This document shows positions 1 to 9,916 of a stretch of 64,000 nt of DNA, piece by piece. Under the pieces are notes generated by a model. The model searched no databases and was not told where the DNA came from. It saw nothing but the letters and a program-made list of their open reading frames with translations. How positions within the stretch are numbered: position 1 is the stretch's first letter; every line of letters starts with the position of its first letter. Source of the DNA: a virus. A program made the position numbers and the translations under genes. The DNA lies in the IMG/VR virus record IMGVR_UViG_3300005253_002057, positions 1 through 64,000 of that record; one strand, given 5' to 3'.

Positions 1-122
1 GTTTGATTCTCTATAGCCTGAGTATTCATCCATTTCTTTTCCGCAGTACATTCTAGCATGTTTACTTAAAGGAGCATTGCCTGGAATTATTATATCTTTA
101 TGAAGATGAATCTTCTCCATAC

Positions 123-506
123 TCACCTTTCTGTTTCTACGTCGCCTGAGTCAAAGCCTAGTTCTTTTTTGATTTCATCTATAGGCTGAACTTGGCCTTT
201 GCTTCGGGCTTCTTGTCCTAGTTTTATTTCTTCTTTTGAAAGTCCTGTGTCTGAAGCTGGAGGCTGAAGTGTTTCTTTCCCGTAGACTATAGGGGCTCTA
301 TCTTCTTTTGGAATTCTTAGTTCTAATTGAACTCTTTCATCTGTTCTGCACTCGCAGCAGTGTAGCGTTCCTGTTGCAGGGTTTACTGGTAGTATAGCTA
401 ATGACTGAATTACAGAATCGTGTCCTTTAGCACACTTGTATTTCTCATCTGGATCTGTTACTACTAGTCTTCTAAGAGGAGTCTGGGTTATGTTTTCTAT
501 ACTCAT
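123..506 (-). CDS. hypothetical protein, Cys-rich N-terminal part and antitoxin-like C-terminal tail
   Basis: CxxxH and CCxC motifs; C-terminal KGQVQPIDEIKKELG resembles antitoxin tails. Confidence 0.35.
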   Translation of the reverse strand: MSIENITQTPLRRLVVTDPDEKYKCAKGHDSVIQSLAILPVNPATGTLHCCECRTDERVQLELRIPKEDRAPIVYGKETLQPPASDTGLSKEEIKLGQEARSKGQVQPIDEIKKELGFDSGDVETER

Positions 507-847
507 TAATTCTCCCCTTCTTGAGCTAAAAGAATAGTTCCTTTACCTCCGTCTACTGTTATTAGGTCACCGTTTTTTATTAAAGTAGTTGCCTGTACGG
601 TTCCTACTACACAGGGTATTCCTAGCTCTCTAGCTATTATAGATGTGTGAGATAGAGGTCCTCCCGTATCAGTAACTACTGCAGAGGCTTTTGCCATTAG
701 GGCAGTCCATGTTGGGGTAGTCGAAGGGCAGACCAAGATGCCTTCTTTAAAGAGTTTTGCCCCCTCTTCAAGAGTGAGTATGAGGGTAGCATTTCCCTTA
801 GTCACTCCTTTGCTAGCTGCCATTCCTCGTAGGATTATATTTCCCAT
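506..847 (-). CDS. stand-alone PEP-utilizing enzyme mobile (phosphohistidine) domain
   Basis: LRGMAASKG...ILVCPSTTPTWT...AVVTDTGGPLSHTSIIARELGIPCVVG...GDLITVDGGKG is the PEP-utilizer signature, with the His intact. Confidence 0.92.
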   Translation of the reverse strand: MGNIILRGMAASKGVTKGNATLILTLEEGAKLFKEGILVCPSTTPTWTALMAKASAVVTDTGGPLSHTSIIARELGIPCVVGTVQATTLIKNGDLITVDGGKGTILLAQEGEN

Positions 848-1035
848 TTGCTTTCCTTTAAGACTTTACTATACTTATTGTATGAGTTCCATCGTCTCTG
901 TTATGTACTATAAAGTACTTAAGCATGTTAGTCTCCATAGGGCCTAGTACCCTATCTGCTACATGTACTTCAATCTTTACTTTGCAGTGTACTGACTCGC
1001 ATCTACTATCTGCGATAGAAGGGTCAGGCTTTACT

Positions 1036-1407
1036 TTAGCCATCTTCTGCCTTTCTTTCTACTGGCCTATATCTATAGTCTGGTTCTATTACTTTTATCT
1101 TACTCTTCTTCCAAGGTATCTTATGAAATAGTCTCTTGCCCCTTTTAGCTGCTGTCCATATACTAGGAATTGCTCTAGATACTAATCCTATTACTCCTGT
1201 TAGTGCTATGGCTACAAAGAAGTAACCTACTGTCTTAGGGAAGGGTCCCATAGAGATTTCTACTGGAATGCCTCTTAAGGAGGATAATCCGAACCCTAGA
1301 AGAACTACTATACCAGCTAAGAATACTGTCTCAGTTGGTAGTACTAACATTCTGGCTATTAGTAATGATATCTTTGCTATTCTATTGAAGACTAACCTTC
1401 TGTTCAT
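1036..1407 (-). CDS. membrane protein (2 TM)
   Basis: two hydrophobic stretches and a basic tail. Confidence 0.55.
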   Translation of the reverse strand: MNRRLVFNRIAKISLLIARMLVLPTETVFLAGIVVLLGFGLSSLRGIPVEISMGPFPKTVGYFFVAIALTGVIGLVSRAIPSIWTAAKRGKRLFHKIPWKKSKIKVIEPDYRYRPVERKAEDG

Positions 1408-1408
1408 A

Positions 1409-1765
1409 TTAAAAGTTTTGAAAGAGTGGTACGAACATAAGCATGAGAGGTACTGTTAGCGTGTATACTATAGTCATTGATATTCTAGATGATCCTGTTC
1501 TAGCCTGTCCTATTGCTGCCATGGAAGAAACTATAAGATAGAATGGGGGTATTGAATATAGCATGACTGTAGTTGTCGTAGAGTGAGCTGTAAAGTCTCT
1601 TGCTCCTATTGACCCAAGCATTAGAGTAGCTACTAGTAAGTTCATTATGATTATGTAGCTGTAGAATGTAAAGCTCTTTATAGTACTAAGCTTCATCTGG
1701 GTCTCCGAGTAGTTAACTTTGTTGGAATTGATAGGGATTGTTCTGAGCATTCTTTCTGACTGCAT
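1409..1765 (-). CDS. membrane protein (3 TM)
   Basis: three hydrophobic segments. Confidence 0.5.
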   Translation of the reverse strand: MQSERMLRTIPINSNKVNYSETQMKLSTIKSFTFYSYIIIMNLLVATLMLGSIGARDFTAHSTTTTVMLYSIPPFYLIVSSMAAIGQARTGSSRISMTIVYTLTVPLMLMFVPLFQNF

Positions 1766-2193
1766 GGAGACATAGTGTGAAACACGAATTTAGGATATGC
1801 TTGGCTTAGGCTATTCTGTGCATCTGCTATATCTACTGCGTCTATAGTTCCTGCTAGCAGATTGCTAGTACGCTCATTGCCATAGGTGTAGTGAAACTTC
1901 ATGCTTTAAGCCCCAGCTCACTGGCTGGAAGACTACAGTTAATAAGATTACAAGGAGTTACTAGTTTAGCTTTGTGGTAATGCTCATATATTATTTGCTC
2001 AGCTTCTTTTATGTCTTTGGCTTCTAGAGTTCTTGCCATTAGTTTTCCTGAGTGCTCAGCTATGTAGTGGAACTTCACCAGCTACCCTCTATTAGATTAG
2101 ATAGTATTCTTCCTACTATGGAAGTAACAAAAACTATTGTTATCCACTCCCAAACTTTTAGTGTAATCTTTACGTATAGAAAGGTTAGGGGCT

Positions 2194-2397
2194 TCATCTG
2201 CAATTCTCCAGATCTACTTCACCTACTAGGTTTCCATAGTGAAACTCATAGCAGGTTCCATACTTGGAAAGCTCAACAGTCCACTCAGGCTCTGTAAAAG
2301 TCTTTATGAGCATACTGAATCCTATTACTAGGATTATAGATCCTATAACTGCTAGTATGTATACTAGGGTTATTCTTTCTAGTAACCTGTTAATCAT
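2194..2397 (-). CDS. small membrane-anchored protein, paralog of 3973..4173
   Basis: TM helix followed by PEW-x8-CYE...C motif. Confidence 0.6.
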   Translation of the reverse strand: MINRLLERITLVYILAVIGSIILVIGFSMLIKTFTEPEWTVELSKYGTCYEFHYGNLVGEVDLENCR

Positions 2398-3182
2398 GCT
2401 TTTACTTCTGGAAATCTAGGGTCTATGTCTACGAACTCTACTGCCTTGTAATCTTTAAGTCCTATTACAAAGCTGTCTTCAAATATGTCCTCTCCCAGGC
2501 TATAGGCCATCATTGCTTTGTACTCTTCTAGCTGCTCGTCTGGGTTAGTGAAGGTTATGTAAAAGTTTACTCCTGCTATCTTTAATCTTTCTAGCTGGCC
2601 TAAGATCATTGTCTCGCTGTATTCCATATAGGGTCTGCGAGTGTTGGTTTCGTAGTTTTGTTTTGAGGTTCCCTTGATGCTTACTGCATATAGACAGTTA
2701 GGCCGTGCTATGTCTCTTAGTACTTCTATATCGTAGATATGCTCTGTTAAGAGAAAGTCACTGTGGAAGGGTATATCACTAAATAGGCTTAGTGCATCTA
2801 GTAGCTCAGGCCAGTGATCTAGGTAGAAGGCTGGAGCCCCTCCCATTAGATGAAATACTTCTTGTTCTGATGCTCTAAAGGATGCTACAAGATCATAGGT
2901 ATCGTACTCTACGTACTGTCCCCAGACTCCTGATCTGGTTACGTAGCAGTACTGGCAGTCTAAGTTGCAGCCATATGTCTGGACTACGAATTGCTTGTTA
3001 GGACTTCCTAGTCCAGTTCTCTTCATGAAGATGGCTGGAAACTGATCGTAACCTCCACCTCCTCTGTAGGTATCGCACTTGCGAAAGTGTCCTTCGTTTA
3101 GTATATCTTCTTCCCTTATGTCAAGTAGTTGGAACTTGCTCAGTGGGACTATCTTCCACTTGAAAGGTTGACTAGGGGACAT
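2394..3182 (-). CDS. radical SAM protein
   Basis: CNLDCQYC (CxxxCxxC) and GGAP (GGEP-like) motif. Confidence 0.85.
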   Translation of the reverse strand: MSPSQPFKWKIVPLSKFQLLDIREEDILNEGHFRKCDTYRGGGGYDQFPAIFMKRTGLGSPNKQFVVQTYGCNLDCQYCYVTRSGVWGQYVEYDTYDLVASFRASEQEVFHLMGGAPAFYLDHWPELLDALSLFSDIPFHSDFLLTEHIYDIEVLRDIARPNCLYAVSIKGTSKQNYETNTRRPYMEYSETMILGQLERLKIAGVNFYITFTNPDEQLEEYKAMMAYSLGEDIFEDSFVIGLKDYKAVEFVDIDPRFPEVKA

Positions 3183-3972
3183 TGGCTACTCCAGTTAGTT
3201 CTGGCTTGGAGAAGGGTGATCTAGATCCTATAAATGCAGGTATTAATTCTTCTAGCATAAGTTCCTTTATATCCAATTCTTCTAGCTCTGCAAGCTGCTG
3301 GCTGTTTACTGATCCTGTTTCTTTTATCTCTTGTCTAACCTTCTCCATTAAAGAATGGCCAGCATCTTCTGGGTCGTAGTCTACTTCAAAGGTTACTCGA
3401 TAACGAGACATTGTTACTCCTTACTGAAGCCACTGTCCTGGCATTAGCATAAGAGGATAAGATAGTTCATGGTAGGGTTCTATACACACTGCTATCATGT
3501 CAGATAGCCTAGACCCTAGATGATCTCTTAGTGACTTAGAAAAAGCGTCATAGATTAGGCCCTCATCTTTCTTCCAGTTCCCAGTCCATATTACTGCCTC
3601 TGTAGTATAGTACTTCCCTGAGGACTTAAAGAATTCTACTTTAACTGAGCTTGCGTCTTCTGAGTAGTGGCCCATTACTTATGGGGCTCCAGTCTTAAAG
3701 TGGCTATATATTCTTTTCTGCCACCTGGAGTGTCTAAGGTATCTATTAGCCACTGATGCAAGTCGTTTCCTAGATTAGCGTCTGATTCTGGAAATCTATT
3801 TGTTAGGGCTAGCCTAGCGTATTCCCTTAGAGCTAGTCTGGCTACTGGATCTTTATCTATTCTTAGAATGAAGTACTGGGCTTCTGGGTCTGTTTCTCCC
3901 TTGGTCTTGGTTACTGTGTAACGCTGTTTGTCGAGTCCTCTTTGATTCATTATTTCTTTACCTTTCTCTTAC

Positions 3973-4173
3973 TTATGGACAGGGGACTTGACTGTCTAGT
4001 ACTCTGCCTCTGTATACTTCATAGCATAGTCCTGAGGCATCGCTTTGTGTTATGCTCCACTCAGGTCTAGTTGGAGGGGCTAAGAAAGTTTCTTTCCCAA
4101 CTACTGTTACTACAATAATTGCTATTATTAGTAAAACTCCTAAACTAAGGCTTAGTACCTGCATCTTATTCAT
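3973..4173 (-). CDS. small membrane-anchored protein, paralog of 2194..2397
   Basis: TM helix followed by PEW-x9-CYE...C motif. Confidence 0.6.
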   Translation of the reverse strand: MNKMQVLSLSLGVLLIIAIIVVTVVGKETFLAPPTRPEWSITQSDASGLCYEVYRGRVLDSQVPCP

Positions 4174-4275
4174 CTTGGCACAATGCTTATGAGCCAGGCT
4201 AGTCCAATTGCTATGCTTACGGGAATTAGGCCTATTATTATGTAGTAGATTAGTGAGGGACTTGTGTCTCTCATC

Positions 4276-5079
4276 TTATACCTTCTTGTTCTCGAACCAG
4301 TATTCTCCTTCAGTATTATACTGTATATCTTGAAATAGATTGGGCCAGAGCTCTGTGCATATTACAGCCACGTCTTGAAAGACCATTCTGATCTCTTCCT
4401 CTGCTGCTTTGTTGGTTCTCATCTCTATGACATGTCTTAGAGCCCTTATGTTTGCAGTACCTATTATGTTTGTGGACATGCCGATAGGAAGTATTCTTCT
4501 TGCAGCTGAAGTATACTTCTTCTTGATGCTCATATCTAGTTCTTCGAAGGTTTCTACTCCTTCTTTAAGAGCAGCTGAGTCTAGCAGCTGCTTGTATTCA
4601 TGCTCTGCATTAGAGGCTATACTTCTAAAGATACTTTCTATAAATTCGTTACCTTTGAATATCTCTGGTACCCAGTATCCTAGCTCATCTGCTCTTACAT
4701 AGCGAAGAGATTCCTGTGACCAAGCCCAGCCTGCTCTATGTCTTACTACTTCGTGAGTGAATACTCTAGAAACATTTCTAAAAGCGAATGTTGCGGATGC
4801 GTGCTCTAGTACTGAGCCATGTCCTGATTCTAGTATGTTCTTTATGTGGGCGTAGTTGCCTTCTCTTACTCTAGAGATGTTTTTGTTAATCATAGTTCCA
4901 TAGGACATGTAACAGGAGCGACTGGCTATCTCAGTTAAGAGGTCTGGATCTGACTGAGTGGAAAACTCTGGGTACCAGTCTTCTTGTTCTACTCCTAGGG
5001 AGGCTAGATATGAATCTAAACCTTTTCTGTCTATAGTAGTGTGTGCTAGTAAAAATACTTCAGGCTCAGTCTCATGCAT
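4276..5079 (-). CDS. thyX: FAD-dependent thymidylate synthase
   Basis: GHGSVLEH, SRVFTHEVVRHR...SQESLRYV, ARRILP, AEEEIR motifs. Confidence 0.96.
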   Translation of the reverse strand: MHETEPEVFLLAHTTIDRKGLDSYLASLGVEQEDWYPEFSTQSDPDLLTEIASRSCYMSYGTMINKNISRVREGNYAHIKNILESGHGSVLEHASATFAFRNVSRVFTHEVVRHRAGWAWSQESLRYVRADELGYWVPEIFKGNEFIESIFRSIASNAEHEYKQLLDSAALKEGVETFEELDMSIKKKYTSAARRILPIGMSTNIIGTANIRALRHVIEMRTNKAAEEEIRMVFQDVAVICTELWPNLFQDIQYNTEGEYWFENKKV

Positions 5080-5475
5080 CTGTTACCATCTCCAAGTTCT
5101 CTGCTAGACTAACGAATACAGAATCTGGTATCATTCTTGTTGGGGGTGTTACTTCAATTAGTAGATTATCTATGTTTACTGATGTAGGTACTGCTCCTTC
5201 TATATGTAGAGTTAAAGAGCCACTCTTAAGTTCATACTTTAAGACTTCCCCTTGGTATATCCAGCCAGTCTCTCCAGTGCTTCTTATTTTTAGAATATGC
5301 CTATCTTCAAATCTAGCTTGTGCTATATCTAGGGGAATATTTAGTGCAGCTTGTAATCTGCCTCGCATCTTTAGTGTTTCACATTTATCATAGTCGCAGG
5401 CACAGGGGATTCTGTAGTCGCGGAGATAGACTTCCTGCAGAAGCATTCTGTGGATGTTCACTGGTATACTACTCC

Positions 5476-6273
5476 TTAATTTATAAGTAGCTGGAACATG
5501 GCTACTATATCGTTGAAGTCTATCCGAAAGTTATTGTTGAAGTCGAAGAAGAATGTATTCTCAGCCGAGGTTATCTCTGTTGCCTCTGCAGTGAAATTGT
5601 TGAAGAATATAACTATGTCTGCAAAGTCGTGTCTACCATTTGCATTTAAATCTTCTGCTTTTCCATCTCCGTCTATATCCCTTGCTGGGCCTGATTGTCC
5701 AGATATAGTGGGAAAGTCTCCTACTACTTTTATAAAAGTATCTACTGGTGTAGGTAGAAGAGGAGGACCGGCATTGTTAGGATCTACTGTTCTATAGACG
5801 ACAGATACTGTTGCAGTTCCTATGGCTATACCCTTGAGCTCAAGTAGACCAAGGACTATAGGTTCAGTGGGATCTGTGGGCTCAGTGGGATCTGGGGGCT
5901 TGGATAGTACTCCTGTAAAGTCTACTCCTGAGAGATGTACGAGTTTGAAAGTAGGTTGTAGTTCAATACTTGAGATGCCTAAGTTGCTTAGGTCTGCTCC
6001 TACTATGTGAACAGCGTCGACGGAGACGCCGTCATCTATTAGAACAGAGATATTGAAGCCAGCTACTCCTTCAGGAGAGTTGGTTAGTATAATTGGTACT
6101 AGATTGGTCGCTCCTAGCATGATATTAGTGGCGGCTACTTGAATAGTGAATGGTTCTACTTGAGCCTCTGCTTCCTTAGGAGTTAAAGCCCACCAGATAA
6201 AGCCTATCGTTATTACCATTCCTATTACTATAGCACTAACTATGTGGAAGGGACTCGGTGCTGCTTGCTTCAT
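5476..6273 (-). CDS. membrane-anchored cohesin-like plus dockerin-like (EF-hand pair) surface protein
   Basis: N-terminal TM; beta-rich cohesin-like region; C-terminal DIDGDGKAEDLNANGRHDFADIV...FDFNNNFRIDFNDIV duplicated Ca-binding loops. Confidence 0.75.
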   Translation of the reverse strand: MKQAAPSPFHIVSAIVIGMVITIGFIWWALTPKEAEAQVEPFTIQVAATNIMLGATNLVPIILTNSPEGVAGFNISVLIDDGVSVDAVHIVGADLSNLGISSIELQPTFKLVHLSGVDFTGVLSKPPDPTEPTDPTEPIVLGLLELKGIAIGTATVSVVYRTVDPNNAGPPLLPTPVDTFIKVVGDFPTISGQSGPARDIDGDGKAEDLNANGRHDFADIVIFFNNFTAEATEITSAENTFFFDFNNNFRIDFNDIVAMFQLLIN

Positions 6274-6416
6274 TACCTCTCCTTACCTAAAGTGATCTAC
6301 TATGAAACCTATTCCAAAGCCTATTCCTATCATGATTGCCACTGGAGGTATTAACCTAGCTAACCACCAGCCCATTCCATCTATATAGAACTCCTTCATC
6401 TCTGCCCAGTATTCTT

Positions 6417-6836
6417 TCATGGTGCTAGTATCTTCTCCTTGAGTTTTTCAGCAGGAGTTTCATAGATGAATTTGTACATTAGATTCTTTATGTTAAGTCT
6501 CTGAAGTTTAGTTACTTCATTGGTTGGAGTGTTTAGTTGTACAGCAGCTGTGGCTGTATAAAGATCTTGGTCAACTACATTTATTAACTCCATAACTCTA
6601 TCAGCACTTTCAGTGGCTCTGTTAGAGTTATATAGAATTAAGGCGAAGAATTGCACAAGCATGGTCTTCACTTCTGGGCCAGCCTTTACTGTGTTGGTAG
6701 TATGTATAAGGGGGGAAACACCAGGTCTACACCCGCACTGCAAGCAGTACAGAACGTCTGTGTAGGAGGCCATGCTCTTATCGACTTGATAGACATCTCC
6801 TCTGCATCTAGGACACGACTTTAAGAAAAGGCTCAT
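6417..6836 (-). CDS. Zn-ribbon protein fused to a PolA fingers-like fragment
   Basis: CPRC...CLQC; C-terminal DLYTATAA...EVTKLQRLNIKNLMYKFIY resembles Pol I DIHxxTAA...EVTxEQRRxAKxxNFGLIY. Confidence 0.55.
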   Translation of the reverse strand: MSLFLKSCPRCRGDVYQVDKSMASYTDVLYCLQCGCRPGVSPLIHTTNTVKAGPEVKTMLVQFFALILYNSNRATESADRVMELINVVDQDLYTATAAVQLNTPTNEVTKLQRLNIKNLMYKFIYETPAEKLKEKILAP

Positions 6837-7458
6837 GGGGCTTTCCCTTCTGTACTACATAAGTAAATGGAGTTAATATTGAGCCCTGATAGAATTGCTT
6901 TCCTATCATAAAGGCTTCATTTAAAAGCTTTCTTACTTGTTGACCAGTTGGCTCTGTTTCTACTTGCTCTTCAAGCTTAGTAGCTATGGAGCCAATTACT
7001 ATTTCTGATGGTGACCCTAAGACATAGTAAGGGGCAATAGGATCTATGACTGCGTATTTGGCATCTACTGAAAATATCTCCCCCTTGAGAGCTATTAAGA
7101 GTTCCCCCCTCTCTTCTGACTCCTCTAAAATTTCTTCAATTAGCTCTTTGTAGATCTCTATAATATCAAAGGCTACTAGTTTTATTAGCCTCTTATAGTC
7201 CTTGCTGCAGTATAATTTATCTAGTTCTTCCTCCTTCAGTAGTGGTGTGTTACTGAAGCATATCTTTTCTAGCACGTTCTGTTGTACAGCACTTCCTACT
7301 GAAGCAAATGTGACTATGTGATTTCCCTTCTCATCCTGCAAAGAACACAGCTTAGGAGTATGCGCGGCTAGAGAAAATCCTCCGTCTGATACTGAGCAAT
7401 CAGCCATTATGTGTAGGGTGCCGTTAGTCTTTTCTTTGTAAAAAGCTATTAAGGACAA
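6808..7458 (-). CDS. Ntn-hydrolase (proteasome beta/HslV-like) protein
   Basis: N-terminal MSLIA...IMAD...PKL pattern, LLIA..GEIF and YYVLGS (GSG-like) motif. Confidence 0.6.
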   Translation of the reverse strand: MSLIAFYKEKTNGTLHIMADCSVSDGGFSLAAHTPKLCSLQDEKGNHIVTFASVGSAVQQNVLEKICFSNTPLLKEEELDKLYCSKDYKRLIKLVAFDIIEIYKELIEEILEESEERGELLIALKGEIFSVDAKYAVIDPIAPYYVLGSPSEIVIGSIATKLEEQVETEPTGQQVRKLLNEAFMIGKQFYQGSILTPFTYVVQKGKPHEPFLKVVS

Positions 7459-7678
7459 TAAAGTTTCTCCTAGCCGGTTTCTTTTTTAGGCTATATATTA
7501 TCCATGTGAGTCCTATTAAGATTCCAGTTCCTATAAGGGCATACAGTATTATAGCTGGATAGAGAATTCTAGCTGTGTCTATTAAGCTAGCTAGTACTAG
7601 ACCTCCTAAGCTGAAGATTGCAGCTCCTAGTAAGTAGAATCGCTCTGGTCTCCTCAGTATCCACTTTAGTAGCTTCAT
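7424..7678 (-). CDS. membrane protein (2 TM)
   Basis: two hydrophobic helices flanked by basic residues. Confidence 0.55.
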   Translation of the reverse strand: MKLLKWILRRPERFYLLGAAIFSLGGLVLASLIDTARILYPAIILYALIGTGILIGLTWIIYSLKKKPARRNFIVLNSFLQRKD

Positions 7679-7698
7679 GTTTCCCTTCTCAAAGTCCC

Positions 7699-7743
7699 GG
7701 GCTGCAAGCTGCCGGAGGAGAGCACGTCCAATGCTTACAGCCC
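7699..7743 (-). terminator. stem-loop downstream of the acidic ORF
   Basis: GGGCTGcAAGC...GCTTaCAGCCC inverted repeat; no clear U-tract. Confidence 0.4.
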
Positions 7744-7784
7744 AGGTCTTAATACAGAATTGAGATCTTTACTACTGCCTTACC

Positions 7785-8030
7785 TTATACCGAGGCTAAG
7801 GCTGCCAGATGAGATATCTTTACCTTGAGCTGGTCGACTAGATCCTCGGCGTCCGTGATGTCCATGTCCTCCTCGTCTATACCGTTGAGGGCCTTGTCTG
7901 ACAACTCTGCCTTCCAGGTTCCTTCGTCTTCGTCTGAGTCTGAGTCCTCTTCGAAGGTGAAGATGGCGTCCAGAATGGCTAGCTCATTGCGTGAGATGTT
8001 CAATGTTACATCGGCTGAGTTCTGTTCCAT
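7785..8030 (-). CDS. small highly acidic protein (DNA-mimic candidate)
   Basis: 81 aa, D/E-rich (FEEDSDSDEDEG, IDEEDMDITDAEDLVD). Confidence 0.5.
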   Translation of the reverse strand: MEQNSADVTLNISRNELAILDAIFTFEEDSDSDEDEGTWKAELSDKALNGIDEEDMDITDAEDLVDQLKVKISHLAALASV

Positions 8031-8080
8031 GTTTTGTGTTACCTTTCTTCTTGCTGTTGAGGTGTAAGAGTTGTTACTAG

Positions 8081-9913
8081 TTAAGATACAACTGAGTATT
8101 GACTACTTTCTAATGTTACGTCTCCTTCTCTTTCCTTTATGGCTTCTTCTTTCTCGTGATCTATTATCTTTTGTCTTTCTTCCGCATACTCTTGAAGAAG
8201 CTTCTGCTTTCTACCTTTTCTATTTTCTTCTCTAGTCCTCCTCATTTGTACTAGATAATCATAGGTCATAGAAGCAGCACTTTCATCCTCGTCTCTTCCT
8301 AAGGCTCCGGCGGCAGCTGCTTTCTTGAACAGCACTGTTTGTAGTAGTGCGTAGTCCACTGTGTCCAGCCCTTGGAGCTTGGTTACGAGTACACTGTTCT
8401 CTTGTCCTATGCGGTGAAGTCGATCTTCTGTCTGTTCAATGACTGCGCTGTTCCACCAGATGTCCATGAAGACAATGTGGCTTGATGCAGTCAGGGTTAT
8501 TCCTTCTGCTATGTGAGTTGATAGCATACACAGCTTTATACTGTCTACTTCCTGAAACCAGTCTACGTGGTTTGCTCTGGTGTCTCCTTGCTCTCTTCCT
8601 GTTATTCTCACGTAGTACTTTTGATCTTCAGCATCTGTTGGTCGTCTTTGCCAATAAGGCTTCCAGCCCTTCTCCTTTAGGTCTTCCTCTAGTAGAGTAA
8701 AGTAACTGGTGAAGGTGGATGCTACTACTATCTTCTCGTCCGTGTCATCTAGCATATCTAGTAACATTTCTGTCTTGGCCCCTTTACCTAGCTTGTGAAC
8801 TCCTACTAGTCTGGGATCAAGGGCAATCTGCCTGAGTCTAATAAGAAGTGCAAGTATTCCTCCTGCTGATACTCCTTCATCCTCAAGCTCTGCCATTCCA
8901 AATTCTTCCATAGCTTCATATAGAAGCCACTGTCTTGGGTAGTCTTCTTCTATGTCTACTGCTATGGAGTTATGTATCTTATCTGGAAGCTGGGTTAATA
9001 CATCCTTCTTTCTTCTTGCTATCATTCTAGGTTCTAGAAGATCATGCAGCTCTTGCCTCATGTAAGGTTTGAGGCCTCTGAATCTTGAGGCACCGCTTGA
9101 TGTAGTCTGCATGTAACAGAAGTAGTCAGTGAACTCTTTATAGCTATTATTTATTGCTCCTACTAGTCTTAGTAGAGGCCATAAATCTGGGGGCTTGTTT
9201 ACTACAGGAGATCCTGTTGCAAGTATAAATCTTGTGTCATTCTTTGTGCCTGCTAGCTTTAGAATTCCTAAGGTCTGCTTTGCCTTTGGATTTCTGAATC
9301 TATGGGCTTCGTCTATTATTACAAAGTCCCAAGGGATGGCTCCTACTAGCTTGGCTTGATCTTCGTTACGAACCCATTCAGTGTTTACTATAAAGAATCT
9401 AGGAAATTCTGAGGTTATCCATTGTTCTACTGATCTTAGAACTGACTCACCACAGTCCTTTATCTTGTGATCCTTTTGGCCCTTGGAAAATTTCGGGCAG
9501 CACACTGCGTGTATTTCATTTCTCCAAGTTCTCATGAGTGTCTTGGGACATATTACTAGTACCCTTAGTGTAGGCTTAGGATCTAATTGTTCTGCTCGTA
9601 ACACAGTTTCTATTGCTTGTACTGTCTTACCTAGCCCCATCTCGTCGAATAGTAAAGTGCTATGTCTGTTACTCATGAACTCTACCCCTTCCTCTTGGAA
9701 AGGGAACAGTGTGTAGTTACCTAGTGTTTTATTTTCCTCTTCTATAGGTACACCTAGTAAAGAGGTGTCGTAGCGTATTATGTCAGTGGAGCTCTTAGGT
9801 CTAAAACCAAATCTCTCTAGCATCTGATTTCTGTTATAGATATCTTCCTTAGTGAAGGGCGCAGGTTCGTAAGATCCACCTACTGAGTGGGTACTCCATA
9901 TGTGCATAGGCAT
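8081..9913 (-). CDS. SNF2-family helicase/ATPase
   Basis: DEMGLGKT, DEAH, ATGSP, EGITL and QTEDRLHRIGQ motifs. Confidence 0.95.
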   Translation of the reverse strand: MPMHIWSTHSVGGSYEPAPFTKEDIYNRNQMLERFGFRPKSSTDIIRYDTSLLGVPIEEENKTLGNYTLFPFQEEGVEFMSNRHSTLLFDEMGLGKTVQAIETVLRAEQLDPKPTLRVLVICPKTLMRTWRNEIHAVCCPKFSKGQKDHKIKDCGESVLRSVEQWITSEFPRFFIVNTEWVRNEDQAKLVGAIPWDFVIIDEAHRFRNPKAKQTLGILKLAGTKNDTRFILATGSPVVNKPPDLWPLLRLVGAINNSYKEFTDYFCYMQTTSSGASRFRGLKPYMRQELHDLLEPRMIARRKKDVLTQLPDKIHNSIAVDIEEDYPRQWLLYEAMEEFGMAELEDEGVSAGGILALLIRLRQIALDPRLVGVHKLGKGAKTEMLLDMLDDTDEKIVVASTFTSYFTLLEEDLKEKGWKPYWQRRPTDAEDQKYYVRITGREQGDTRANHVDWFQEVDSIKLCMLSTHIAEGITLTASSHIVFMDIWWNSAVIEQTEDRLHRIGQENSVLVTKLQGLDTVDYALLQTVLFKKAAAAGALGRDEDESAASMTYDYLVQMRRTREENRKGRKQKLLQEYAEERQKIIDHEKEEAIKEREGDVTLESSQYSVVS

Positions 9914-9916
9914 AGG

